Shown here: positions 29,028-38,773 of the stretch, one piece after another
Layout of the letters: the number at the start of each line of letters is the position of its first letter
Position numbering within the stretch: the first letter of the stretch is position 1
Source: a virus
IMG/VR virus record: IMGVR_UViG_3300027708_000063
Location: 7,222-71,221 of that record
Direction: 5' to 3' (one strand)
DNA: 64,000 nucleotides
Translations under genes and position numbers: made by a program
Notes under the pieces: generated by a model
Database searches by the model: none
The model's input: only the letters and a program-made list of their open reading frames with translations
Told to the model about the DNA's origin: nothing

Positions 29028-31538
29028 ATGGCAACAAAATATTGGGTAGGTGGTACTGGAAATTGGTCAACTGCAGGGCGTTGGTCAACACAAACAGGAC
29101 AAGCCAGTTTTGTTGCAACAAGACCAAGTGGTACTAATGCTACACTTACCGTAACACAAGTATACAGTGGAACTATTACTAGTGGAGATGCGCTATATGA
29201 TGGTGCAGGTACAGCTCGTGGTGTTATTAACCAACAGTTAACCCCTTTATTAGGAGGCGAAACGTCAGGTGGTGTAGGAAGATATTCTACAACCGCTGCT
29301 AGTGCAGCAATTAGTACAAATAATCAATGCTATACTATAGTAAATAGTAGTAATACTACAGTACCTGCAAGTGCCAACACCGATGAAATTATTTTTGACG
29401 GTAACAGTGGTTTTAATTTCACAGTTACTATATCAGGAACGTCTTATGCTGGTGGTTTGTATATAGGCAGTGTTGGTACAACTCCTGTTAATAATGTGGT
29501 AACCACTGCACTCAGCGGTACAATGACATTGGCTGGTGCCAGTACACTAAACTTATACGGAGACCTTAAACTACCCTCAACTGGATTAACTTGGACGCGT
29601 ACAGGAGGTATTACAGCTAGTGGAACTGCTAACCGCATATGGTCTTGCAATGGGGTCGTAATTCCTGAAGCTATAACAATTACTGCCAGTGGTAGTATAT
29701 CCTTAGCAAATGCTTTTACTTGTAGTAGTACTATTACTAGTAATGCTAATTATACAGTATTTGATCTTACCAATAGTGGTGCCTCAACTGGAGTATATTT
29801 AACTTGTAGCTCTATGCTTGGGAACACAGGCAGATATATTACTTCAGGTACTACCGGCAAATTAGTATTTACAGGTACTGGCACACTTTTAAATGGTTCC
29901 ATCAGTTTTAATGGTGGTTCAGTTAGTAATCCTGGTATAGTATTACTTAGTAATACGGCTGACACTGCTTTAAGATATATTGTTCTTCCCCTTGGCAGTT
30001 CTAATAACTTTTCAATAGAAGTTCCCAGTGGAGGAGCTGCTGTACAGTGCAATATTACAGGCCAAACTTACGCTACTATTGCAATACCTTCGCTAAATTC
30101 ACCAAACTGGACAGGTTCATTTACTTATGCTATGGCAGCTAGTTATAGTTCATGTAGTTTAACTAGTCCTTCTTTTATAGCTCCAAATGTTACTGTATAC
30201 TGGACTAATACACCACTAGCAGATTCAATAACATATACAGGTAATAATCAATTTGGCCCATACTCACAGTATATATGGAGTGTTGCAAAACGTGTATTTT
30301 TTGGAGCTAATAATACTTTTAATAATACTGCAATTGTTGCAAAGTACATGAGTGCATCAAATATAGATTTGGGCGCAAGCGGTTATATTACTATAACCGG
30401 TGCAGCAACGACTAGCGACCCTGGTGGAATTAATCTATTTGGTACATATGCAGGTAATAAAACAATATATTTAAATGCTCCGTATCTTGCAGGAAACACA
30501 GCCTATCAAAATAATTGCTATGTGGGTTTTAGTGATAGTACCAAACTTGATATAGTTGTAAATGGTAATGGAAATATAGTATTTGGTCCTCCTATAATTG
30601 GTTATGGTTGTTGCTGCACGGCAATTTATGGAGTACAAACTCCATTAAATAGCTTAGATTTAACAACTAATGCTTATACTGGTAGACTAAAAGGTAGTTT
30701 ATTACTTGCCGGTGATTTAAATATTCCAAGCGCAGTAACCCTTGCTACTTATAATGGTAGTTATTATGAAAATAGTTGTGACATTACTTTAGTAAATACC
30801 ACACCTATTAATGTTAATGTAGGCCCTACTGTTATACCCAGAATTAATATTTCAGGAACTAGCACTGTTAATTTAACAGCACCACTAATTGGTGCTAATT
30901 ACTCCCTTAGTGTAAATTCAGGAACATTTAATACTAATAATTATACCCTTGGTAGTCATAGTACATTTCAAAATTATACAAATCTTGAATGCAATGGCGG
31001 AACTGTAAATTTAGGTTCAAGTAGTATTTACGGCAGTATTAAGTGTCCCACAGATGCAAGTAAATTAAATGCCGGTACTAGTATACTTTATATGAAAGGT
31101 GCACAATACGCGCCAGGTACTTATCTAGTTGGTAATACATTACCAAAAGTAGTTATAGTTGGTGGAGGTGGATCTTATTCACCCACTATATATGGTTCAG
31201 GTGGAACAATTACTGATTTCAGTATAACTGGAACAATTAACACTATATATGATGGAGTAGTATTTGCAGGCGGTACAACCAATCTAAAAAGTTTTACCAA
31301 CAACGCTGGTGGTTCATACAAAGCATATGTTGGCGCTCAGAGTTCTGCTATAATAAATAATTCAAGTGGTGTGCGTTTTAATCCAAATAACTTACTTATA
31401 GCAAACTCCTCGGCTACACCTGCTAATCAGTGGTATGCCTCTAATTCAACTGATAATGGTGGCAATACTGGATGGATATTTGGCGATGCGCCACCAATTG
31501 TGGTAAACAATAGTTGTAAATTTCTTGCTCTTTTCTAA
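29028..31538 (+). CDS. Beta-helix-like fibre/adhesin protein
   Basis: 'YWVGGTGNWS....WS' start, Thr/Gly/Asn-rich body and 'NSTDNGGNTGWIF' end. Confidence 0.65.
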   Translation: MATKYWVGGTGNWSTAGRWSTQTGQASFVATRPSGTNATLTVTQVYSGTITSGDALYDGAGTARGVINQQLTPLLGGETSGGVGRYSTTAASAAISTNNQCYTIVNSSNTTVPASANTDEIIFDGNSGFNFTVTISGTSYAGGLYIGSVGTTPVNNVVTTALSGTMTLAGASTLNLYGDLKLPSTGLTWTRTGGITASGTANRIWSCNGVVIPEAITITASGSISLANAFTCSSTITSNANYTVFDLTNSGASTGVYLTCSSMLGNTGRYITSGTTGKLVFTGTGTLLNGSISFNGGSVSNPGIVLLSNTADTALRYIVLPLGSSNNFSIEVPSGGAAVQCNITGQTYATIAIPSLNSPNWTGSFTYAMAASYSSCSLTSPSFIAPNVTVYWTNTPLADSITYTGNNQFGPYSQYIWSVAKRVFFGANNTFNNTAIVAKYMSASNIDLGASGYITITGAATTSDPGGINLFGTYAGNKTIYLNAPYLAGNTAYQNNCYVGFSDSTKLDIVVNGNGNIVFGPPIIGYGCCCTAIYGVQTPLNSLDLTTNAYTGRLKGSLLLAGDLNIPSAVTLATYNGSYYENSCDITLVNTTPINVNVGPTVIPRINISGTSTVNLTAPLIGANYSLSVNSGTFNTNNYTLGSHSTFQNYTNLECNGGTVNLGSSSIYGSIKCPTDASKLNAGTSILYMKGAQYAPGTYLVGNTLPKVVIVGGGGSYSPTIYGSGGTITDFSITGTINTIYDGVVFAGGTTNLKSFTNNAGGSYKAYVGAQSSAIINNSSGVRFNPNNLLIANSSATPANQWYASNSTDNGGNTGWIFGDAPPIVVNNSCKFLALF

Positions 31539-31539
31539 T

Positions 31540-31707
31540 ATGATTTACTTACAATACGAAAAATCAAATGAAACACATTCATTTGTTGATGTGCTGACTT
31601 TAGAGGATGATCATGGTTTGTCTGATGAAGAATTAGAAGCACTAAAAGAAACCAGATTTCAAAATTGGTTAAATGCCATAAGTCAACCTAGTATAACTAC
31701 AATATGA
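31540..31707 (+). CDS. Small hypothetical protein (possible fibre assembly helper)
   Basis: ATG at 31540. 'D.L.L.DDH..S.EE....K..RF.NW' lies directly after a fibre gene. Confidence 0.5.
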   Translation: MIYLQYEKSNETHSFVDVLTLEDDHGLSDEELEALKETRFQNWLNAISQPSITTI

Positions 31708-31713
31708 AATCGT

Positions 31714-32049
31714 ATGATACAAAATATTAGTGTATTACACACTTATACATTAAATGGATGTACTTTGAATTTTTATTCTGGTACAACTGGTGAGGGATTA
31801 CCAAAGCATGAACATATCTTTGATCATTTAACTTACTGTTCTTCTGGTAGTGCAATGCTGCGAACTGCAAGATATGAACAAATTATAACTAAAGATACTC
31901 GACCTATTAACTTGCCCGCAAATCAGTGGCATGAAATAGAAATACTGGAACCTAATACTGCATTTATTAACGTATTCCAAAATGATTATAACGATCCACA
32001 AAGTGATGTGACAATAGTCAACGGAATTCCAATGCGATTTGGACTATAA
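31714..32049 (+). CDS. Cupin-fold protein
   Basis: 'LPKHEHIFDHLT' and 'LPANQWHEIE.LE..T.F.N' cupin motifs. Confidence 0.7.
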   Translation: MIQNISVLHTYTLNGCTLNFYSGTTGEGLPKHEHIFDHLTYCSSGSAMLRTARYEQIITKDTRPINLPANQWHEIEILEPNTAFINVFQNDYNDPQSDVTIVNGIPMRFGL

Positions 32050-32252
32050 AAATATAATACAACACCTGATTCCCAGTAATAGAAATGTTGCCAAGTGGGC
32101 AGATACTAGAGCAAAATTAATAAATGATAATCTTATAAGATTTCATCAGGATAATATGCAACAAGATTGATTAAAAAGAAAAGCGCCCAGAGGTGCTTTT
32201 CATGTTTACTATATTATTATGGGCTATGCCCTAATATTATTATTTTAATAAA

Positions 32253-32531
32253 TTATTTCTTAGTACCGGCATTGACAAATGCGTACATTTTTTCTGCTGT
32301 TTCTAACACTTTATCAAGACCTGGAAACTCTGGCATCTTAACTGTACTAACGATTTGACCAGTCTTCTCATCACGAGTAGCAGTCATTTCCCATCCTTGG
32401 AATTTGGATTGAAAGTCGTCTTGTACTAGGCTTTTTGCCATTCCCAAGATATCTGTTCTCAGTTCATATCCATTTTTAGATTGATTAACTTTGAACTCGG
32501 GCAATTTTGGTGTATTGAATGTATTTGACAT
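32253..32531 (-). CDS. Hypothetical phage protein
   Basis: Strong RBS (aaggagaa) and an upstream ATAAATA on the minus strand. Contains 'NGYELR..IL.MAK...A.KMY.FV'. Confidence 0.7.
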   Translation of the reverse strand: MSNTFNTPKLPEFKVNQSKNGYELRTDILGMAKSLVQDDFQSKFQGWEMTATRDEKTGQIVSTVKMPEFPGLDKVLETAEKMYAFVNAGTKK

Positions 32532-32624
32532 ATTATTCTCCTTATGTGTGTATGTCTGTTAAACAACAATTAATTTTGTTGTCTAAGTATTTATTATACA
32601 CAGACTATCTGTGTAAAACAATTT

Positions 32625-33182
32625 TTACGATAAAAATAGTGAGTTTTTATTTGCCCTCTTAGTAATGTAATCCAGAGCAGACAAATTGTTGTCTATGGTT
32701 TCGCTGATGTAGGTATTGATGCTGGCCGGGGCTAGTTGAATTTTTGCAAGGCTTTCGCCATGATCATTCTCCACAGTAATCTCATTTTTCCTGCATAGGT
32801 GTCGAATGGCAGCGTTGGTACTCAAACATACCATGCAACCTTTAAGTATATTACGTGTACGGCAATACTGTATGCAACGTTTCATCAATAGATTACCAAA
32901 GCCACGTCCTCGATGTTTCTCTAACACACTAAATGCCAGTTCCATCCCACCGTCTAATGCAATATGTCCTATAGCAATAAATTCTAATTTACGATTCTCT
33001 ATGGCAAACAATATGTGTTTGCTGGGATCCGCTTCGAACTTATCGCATAGTTGATCAATTACACCGTCAGTGATATGAGATCCAAATCTAAGTGTTTTAG
33101 ATTCTGCATCCAGGGCTTTGAGATGTGATCTATATTTGGGATATTCGTGCGCTAGCACCCGTCTAACTGTAGCGTGGGCCAT
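32625..33182 (-). CDS. GNAT-family acetyltransferase
   Basis: 'LRFG', 'ELAFSV...HRGRGFG..LM' acetyl-CoA motif A and 'CL..N..IRHL'. Confidence 0.85.
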   Translation of the reverse strand: MAHATVRRVLAHEYPKYRSHLKALDAESKTLRFGSHITDGVIDQLCDKFEADPSKHILFAIENRKLEFIAIGHIALDGGMELAFSVLEKHRGRGFGNLLMKRCIQYCRTRNILKGCMVCLSTNAAIRHLCRKNEITVENDHGESLAKIQLAPASINTYISETIDNNLSALDYITKRANKNSLFLS

Positions 33183-33259
33183 TTTATATGGCTAATACAA
33201 GCATACCAAAAAGCAATAACATAATACCAACAGAAAATAAAGAACAATCTTTACTCATA

Positions 33260-33361
33260 TCAATACCAGGCCTTGTAACCCTGCATCTTATATACACGTT
33301 CACGGTATTCGCTGATATCAATCAAAAAGTCCCAAATAGCGTTTAGAATTTTTTTAATCAT
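33260..33361 (-). CDS. Small hypothetical protein (33 aa), not in the ORF track
   Basis: MIKKILNAIWDFLIDISEYRERVYKMQGYKAWY*. ATGA overlap with the upstream gene. Confidence 0.45.
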   Translation of the reverse strand: MIKKILNAIWDFLIDISEYRERVYKMQGYKAWY

Positions 33362-33546
33362 AGTGGCCACCCTGACAGTGTACGGTTTAAATTTTTCTGT
33401 TCAAACTCTCGAGTTAATCTATCAACATCGCAACCATCTTGCGGATTGTTTTGGACAATGTAATATTCTAGTGCTGAGCCATAGGTTGTTGGCTTTTCAA
33501 ATTCGCTAAACATCTTGTGGAAGTAAGCGGCTAATTCATTTAACAT
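33358..33546 (-). CDS. Small hypothetical protein
   Basis: RBS aggaga and an upstream ATAAATA. Contains 'LE.YI...NPQD..DVDRL.REF'. Confidence 0.65.
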   Translation of the reverse strand: MLNELAAYFHKMFSEFEKPTTYGSALEYYIVQNNPQDGCDVDRLTREFEQKNLNRTLSGWPL

Positions 33547-33692
33547 ATTTTCTCCTGTGTGTTAAGTGTAGATACCTAGCGTTTCTACGTAAGTATTTAT
33601 ACTAGTATATATGGCAATGCAGCAATTTGCAAGAATTTACTTTACCAAACTTCTATGCTATACTAAAGCTAAATACCAAAAGGAATAATACT

Positions 33693-33992
33693 TTGAAACG
33701 AGCCACCCGAAGCCTGTTAGAAGAACTTAACTCTATTTCACTACAAAAACACAGTGAAGCAGTAGTTGAGTCTAGAGCCACTCATGTTATTGACAGTGCT
33801 ATCAATTTGCTAACACTGATCAAAGAAAATTTTCCACCAGAACAGGCATACGAGCTAGAAAGACGCTTTATCAATAGTATAAAAGCAGGCGATCCTAGCA
33901 AATTTACTCGTGGTATACGCAAACTACGCGATAATAAAGAAATTGCCAAAGGTCTTAAGATAATAGAAGGCGATCTAAAAGACGAAGATTAA
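33693..33992 (+). CDS. Hypothetical phage protein
   Basis: TTG start after RBS aagga and TAAATA. Begins MKRATRSLLEEL. Confidence 0.6.
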   Translation: MKRATRSLLEELNSISLQKHSEAVVESRATHVIDSAINLLTLIKENFPPEQAYELERRFINSIKAGDPSKFTRGIRKLRDNKEIAKGLKIIEGDLKDED

Positions 33993-34091
33993 AGTCCATT
34001 CGAATAAATTTTTTTCAAATCTGATAAATAAAAACATACAAGTTCCAAGGGGGAACTTAAAAACGATTAATAAAATCAAGGAGATTTTAAA

Positions 34092-34493
34092 ATGGCAACT
34101 TTAATTAAAAAGAACGAAAAGGTCGTAGCACCTTTTTACAAGAACGGCGTTACACTACAGTTCATCACTTTAACATTCCCAGGATCTGTAGCTGGTCTAG
34201 AAACAGCAACTGCCGCTGGCGTTAAGAGCCCAATTGCACAAGCTCTAGAAGCAATTGCACAAGTGGCTAGTATCGAGTTGATCGGTACAGTTTCTACAAC
34301 AACTCTACCATTGGCTGTTGCAGCTCTAGGTGGTGCTTTTGGTACTGAAATGTATGACGGCACAAACAGCCAGACTTTTGTCCAGTACTGCCAGTCATTG
34401 ATCCAGGCAGCTGGTACAACTACTGGTAGCCTACAAGGTGTTGCTAACGCTTCTACTACTGTAGCTGCTGGTGTTCGTGGTAACGCATTCTAA
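34092..34493 (+). CDS. Highly expressed small virion protein (decoration-type)
   Basis: Strong RBS aaggag, upstream ATAAATA, biased codons, Ala/Thr-rich and followed by its own terminator. Confidence 0.55.
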   Translation: MATLIKKNEKVVAPFYKNGVTLQFITLTFPGSVAGLETATAAGVKSPIAQALEAIAQVASIELIGTVSTTTLPLAVAALGGAFGTEMYDGTNSQTFVQYCQSLIQAAGTTTGSLQGVANASTTVAAGVRGNAF

Positions 34494-34511
34494 TCTAAAA
34501 AGTTAGAAACA

Positions 34512-34540
34512 AAGAAGGTACTTTTTAAGTACCTTTTTTT
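34512..34540 (+). terminator. Rho-independent terminator
   Basis: aaggtact-tttta-agtacctt followed by a T-run. Confidence 0.7.
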
Positions 34541-34569
34541 ACGGCATAAATATATTATATAGGTATATT

Positions 34570-34995
34570 ATGCAGATCATCGAAATTCAAACTCTAATAG
34601 ACATTACTGATACAAAGGTAGTGAGATTAAATCAAGGTACTCAACTCGAGCACGATCAATATAGAAATTTTGTCACATTAAAACAATGTGTAGAAATTAG
34701 ATCGATTATCAGTTATGATACCGGTCCAGTGATGGAAGTTAAGGATATCAAGGACATGGGCTTTGGTACCAAATACAAAGGCAAACATGCAGTATGGACA
34801 TTCCGTTTTAGTCCTGACCGTACTGGAGTATACAGTGAAAATGGCAACGATGTCTATGCTTTGCTAGAGGATGTCAACGGCGTTCCAGTTATCCAAAAAT
34901 TAAAAGAAACTATAAATATAGAACAAGCAATCTTTGAATTGCAGAATCCGTCAACTAAAAACACAATCATCAAGGCACTCAAAGGCGCATTTTAA
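34570..34995 (+). CDS. Hypothetical phage protein
   Basis: ORF after TAAATA. Contains 'TLIDIT.T...Q..NF.TL.Q'. Confidence 0.6.
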   Translation: MQIIEIQTLIDITDTKVVRLNQGTQLEHDQYRNFVTLKQCVEIRSIISYDTGPVMEVKDIKDMGFGTKYKGKHAVWTFRFSPDRTGVYSENGNDVYALLEDVNGVPVIQKLKETINIEQAIFELQNPSTKNTIIKALKGAF

Positions 34996-35035
34996 TTTAG
35001 CGTAGTGGTAGTTAATTTTTACTAAAAAGGAGCCT

Positions 35036-35326
35036 ATGATGGCAGTATTACAAGAACGAGTTGGTATACTCGAAACTAAGGTTGACGGTCTAAACGAGAA
35101 GATTGACGACATTAAAATTGATGTGAGAACAAATCACGAAGATATCAAATTCCAATTAAAAAACATGTATGATGCGAGCTGTACACAACATGCCGAATTG
35201 GGTAAGAAAATGAAGGAACTAGAAAATTTTAAAGATAAGTGGATATACATTGGCATGGGTGGCATTGCAGTTGCAGGATGGGTTACTGGGCATCTAGACA
35301 CTATTTTAAAGTTCCTCGGAAAATGA
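35036..35326 (+). CDS. Coiled-coil protein with a C-terminal transmembrane helix
   Basis: Heptad-rich N-terminus, hydrophobic 'WIYIGMGGIAVAGWV' and RBS aaggag. Confidence 0.6.
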   Translation: MMAVLQERVGILETKVDGLNEKIDDIKIDVRTNHEDIKFQLKNMYDASCTQHAELGKKMKELENFKDKWIYIGMGGIAVAGWVTGHLDTILKFLGK

Positions 35327-35327
35327 T

Positions 35328-35750
35328 ATGAGAATATTTGAATTGATTCGTGAACAACAGGCAATAGGGACTACTGGGTCATCTACAATGCCTACGAATC
35401 AACCAGTTGGTTCTGTATCGCAAACACCTGCACCTGGTGCAACACAACAACAAAAACAACCTCAGGATGCTAACAGCACTCAATTGGGAAACCTTCTCAA
35501 ACAGAATCAAATTAATGTTAATAGTGTAGATGATTTTCTCAGCGCCTACACAGCAATACAACAAAAACAACAATTAAATCCAGATCAGGAAAAAACTTTA
35601 GGTGCATTTACCAAAGCAGTGGTTGCCAAACCTGGCCTAACTACACAGATTGCTGGACTGATGAAAACAATGTCAGCAAATAAGCCAGTTGGACAAACTA
35701 CTCCTCAGCCCACTTCCGGTACACCGCCACAGCCTACTCCGGGAGTCTAA
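35328..35750 (+). CDS. Gln/Pro-rich hypothetical protein (possible internal head protein)
   Basis: The N-terminus is MRIFELIRE, followed by low-complexity Q/P/T sequence. Confidence 0.55.
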   Translation: MRIFELIREQQAIGTTGSSTMPTNQPVGSVSQTPAPGATQQQKQPQDANSTQLGNLLKQNQINVNSVDDFLSAYTAIQQKQQLNPDQEKTLGAFTKAVVAKPGLTTQIAGLMKTMSANKPVGQTTPQPTSGTPPQPTPGV

Positions 35751-35751
35751 T

Positions 35752-35943
35752 ATGAAAATTGCACATCTATTATCTGGCATGGGTGTTATTCTTACTAATC
35801 AAGAACAGGCATTTGTAGAATCTCATAAGACCAACGTTACTATTGAAAATTTGAGCAAACACGATCAGTGGCTCGCTCAGAACCTTGTCAGGAAAGGCAT
35901 TTACTCAATAAGTAAAGATAGTCGCATTCTGATTAAAAAATAA
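35752..35943 (+). CDS. Small hypothetical protein
   Basis: ATG at 35752. Contains 'LTNQE...A.NLVRKG'. Confidence 0.55.
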   Translation: MKIAHLLSGMGVILTNQEQAFVESHKTNVTIENLSKHDQWLAQNLVRKGIYSISKDSRILIKK

Positions 35944-36411
35944 ATGAAACAAATCCCCGATGATATCTATCAAAAAGTAAAACAAATTGGCCTAAATGTT
36001 AAGGAACAATTAAAAAGCCAAGGTATTGCTATACCAACAAAAACTGAAGATGGTGCAATAAGAGTAGGACACTTTACAATTAAAAAATCTAAAGGATTTT
36101 ATAAGGTGTTAAACTATAGAAATGATGTAGTAGTTGATAATATCAACTTACCACAGACCGCTGCAATACAGGCAAACCGTCTAGCCCTTGGCAAATGGGC
36201 AGATGATAATCTATCAGCAGCTGATACGAGCTATGGACACGCACTATTCGAAGAAGAACTTCATACCCAACTGGCTGAAAAAAGTTTAAAATTAAACAAC
36301 TTAGACAGAGCGGATGTTATGTTTACAAAACGCAACATAGCCAAATATAAGAAAGAACAGCACAAGAAGACCATCGTTCATGGCTTTGAGAAACTAATGC
36401 GTTTTAGATAA
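35944..36411 (+). CDS. Hypothetical protein
   Basis: ORF abutting both neighbours. Confidence 0.55.
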   Translation: MKQIPDDIYQKVKQIGLNVKEQLKSQGIAIPTKTEDGAIRVGHFTIKKSKGFYKVLNYRNDVVVDNINLPQTAAIQANRLALGKWADDNLSAADTSYGHALFEEELHTQLAEKSLKLNNLDRADVMFTKRNIAKYKKEQHKKTIVHGFEKLMRFR

Positions 36412-36440
36412 ATAAATTTAATCATTCTTTTGGAACAAAT

Positions 36441-38435
36441 ATGAAGACAAGCGATTTCAGAACTAAGGCAACAAGTGCAAAGCTCAAAGAGGGTATGAGT
36501 AAAATGTTTGGCGTAAATGTCAACTTTGATAAGTATTCTAGAGAGCAATTAGAAGATATGAGAAATAAACTTCGCACTCGTGTTTTCCAACAAGAAGGTA
36601 AGGCAGGTATTAATGACCTGTTAACTAACGAGACGTATCAAAAAGACAAGGCAATGTTGGCCTTGCTAAACACAAGGATTAAAGAAATGCTAGGCGAACA
36701 AATGCAACAATTACGTGACAAAATGACACAACTAAGTGAAGCCAAAAAAGGCGTGCGCGACATCAAACATTCCGCAAAAGCCAAAGGTGCAAAGCCAGAC
36801 TTTTTAGACATGGACAAAGATGGCGATAAGAAAGAGCCTATGAAGAAAGCTGTCGCTGACAAGAAAGCAGCTCCTAAGAAAGGTGTTAATCCATTTGCCA
36901 AAGTTAAAGAAGGTGCAAAGCCAGACTTCTTAGACATGGACAAAGACGGCAACAAGAAAGAGCCAATGAAGAAAGCAGTTGCTGACAAGAAAATTAAAGA
37001 AGCCGCAAAGTGGCGCGATGCTGAACACAAGGGAAAATTGTACACACAAGAACCAGATGACGGTGAAGGTGATCGTCATGATTATTATCGTGACAGCAGA
37101 CCAGAAAACGATCCAGGCGAAAAACGTTCTACCTTTAATAGAAGCAAAGATACAGACAAACTGCACTACTATTACGGAGATTACCAAGTAGGTCAAAAGG
37201 CTCGAGTGGGCGACCGTGCTAAAAAAGGATTGCTAACAAAAAATGCTATTGCCGTAGTAAAAAATAGAATTAAAGGAACACACGGCGATCATCCAACACC
37301 AAATCTACCAGAAGGTTTCCCAACTGTTGACTATGATAAAGTTTTAAATGCTATCGCGGCATTATATGGTGATGACATGTGGGACAATGATGCAATGCAA
37401 GATCTAGCCAACGACTTGGAACAAGCCGGACCAACTGACCGAGAGTTAGATTTTATTATTGCTAGGGGCAAGTTGCCAAAGAGATTGGCTGGTATACAAT
37501 TCTCAGCAGGTGATGATGTGCAGTTTAATGAAGGTTTCCCAACTGTTGCTGATGCTAAGAAAGCACACGCCGAAAAAGGAACAGCCAGTATGAAAGTTGG
37601 CGACAAACAAAAGTCTAGCACTGGTGGAGAGGTCACTAAAACTGCTACAGGCCTAAAGCACACAGCTGGTAAGAACTATGGCGGCCAAGATGCTCCTAAG
37701 ACTCCCGACAGCGATAAGAAAACTAAGAAAGAATCTGTTGCTTATGAAGGCAAAGATGAAGGCAAGCCAGGTAAGAACTTTGCCAAGATTGCCAAGTCTG
37801 CAGGTAAGCAATATGGTAGCAAAGCGGCTGGTGAACGTGTAGCAGGTGCTGTACGTAATAAGTTGGCTAAGCAAGGTAAACTACAAGAAGCTAATGCTAG
37901 ATTCAAACACAATGTACGTTTTGTTAACGAAAGTCTTGGTTATCTTCTAAATGAAGACGAAGAAGGTAAAGCCAAAGCTATTACCAGTGCAGGCGATATG
38001 GTCAATGACTTTACCAGCTGGATGCAACGTGTCGGTCAGTACCAAACAAAGACAATGATCGAATTAGCTGATGCTATCAAAGCGGACTTCGGAGCTGCTG
38101 AAGCTGAGGCATTTAAGCAAGCAGTTGGCCCAGCACTAAGCGCCACACTAGAAACACTAACACAACAACGTGAAGCCGTAAGTGGTGCTGTTGCTGCTCT
38201 AGCAGGCGAAGCTACTCCGGATGTAGGCATGGGCATGAACCCAATGGCCGGCGGAATGGAACCAGGTATGGATGCAACAGCACCCGATGCAATGAATCCA
38301 GCGCCAGCAGGTGATGAGTTCGGTGCTAGTGATGCTGCCGCAGGCATGGGAACTACTGGTCGTGAAATGCGTGAAAGCAGGTTTGCTCGCAAACTGGCCG
38401 AAAGCCACTCTATCCTAGCTAAACTGGCTAAATGA
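36441..38435 (+). CDS. Probable prohead core/scaffold or internal polyprotein with Lys-rich repeats
   Basis: Two KPDFLDMDKDGxKKEPMKKAVADKK repeats, many (L/I/F/V)xE sites, an acidic helical C-terminus and an upstream TAAATA. Confidence 0.55.
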   Translation: MKTSDFRTKATSAKLKEGMSKMFGVNVNFDKYSREQLEDMRNKLRTRVFQQEGKAGINDLLTNETYQKDKAMLALLNTRIKEMLGEQMQQLRDKMTQLSEAKKGVRDIKHSAKAKGAKPDFLDMDKDGDKKEPMKKAVADKKAAPKKGVNPFAKVKEGAKPDFLDMDKDGNKKEPMKKAVADKKIKEAAKWRDAEHKGKLYTQEPDDGEGDRHDYYRDSRPENDPGEKRSTFNRSKDTDKLHYYYGDYQVGQKARVGDRAKKGLLTKNAIAVVKNRIKGTHGDHPTPNLPEGFPTVDYDKVLNAIAALYGDDMWDNDAMQDLANDLEQAGPTDRELDFIIARGKLPKRLAGIQFSAGDDVQFNEGFPTVADAKKAHAEKGTASMKVGDKQKSSTGGEVTKTATGLKHTAGKNYGGQDAPKTPDSDKKTKKESVAYEGKDEGKPGKNFAKIAKSAGKQYGSKAAGERVAGAVRNKLAKQGKLQEANARFKHNVRFVNESLGYLLNEDEEGKAKAITSAGDMVNDFTSWMQRVGQYQTKTMIELADAIKADFGAAEAEAFKQAVGPALSATLETLTQQREAVSGAVAALAGEATPDVGMGMNPMAGGMEPGMDATAPDAMNPAPAGDEFGASDAAAGMGTTGREMRESRFARKLAESHSILAKLAK

Positions 38436-38773
38436 GATTATTCGAAGTTGATTTAGGATCTGCTAGAGATGTTCTAGCAGTTCTCCAAGGGCAGGCCAAT
38501 AGAGAACATCAAAGCTCTACCCTGCCTTTTCCAGTTGTAATGAAATTATTACAACCGTATGGATTAGGTATTAACACCCCCGACGGATTGATTGCACTTA
38601 AAAATGAAGTTGATCCAGCTGGTGATGTTATACAGGACATTGACGATCAAGGTAATATTACTTTGAAAACGCATGAACAAAATCCAAATCAACAACCTGC
38701 CGAACCTAAAGGCAGTCCAGAACTAAATGCAATGGCATCACGCAATGCCAAGAAATTAACTCCAGATATTTGA
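38432..38773 (+). CDS. Hypothetical protein
   Basis: ATGA overlap with the upstream gene. The N-terminus is MRLFE. Confidence 0.55.
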   Translation: MRLFEVDLGSARDVLAVLQGQANREHQSSTLPFPVVMKLLQPYGLGINTPDGLIALKNEVDPAGDVIQDIDDQGNITLKTHEQNPNQQPAEPKGSPELNAMASRNAKKLTPDI

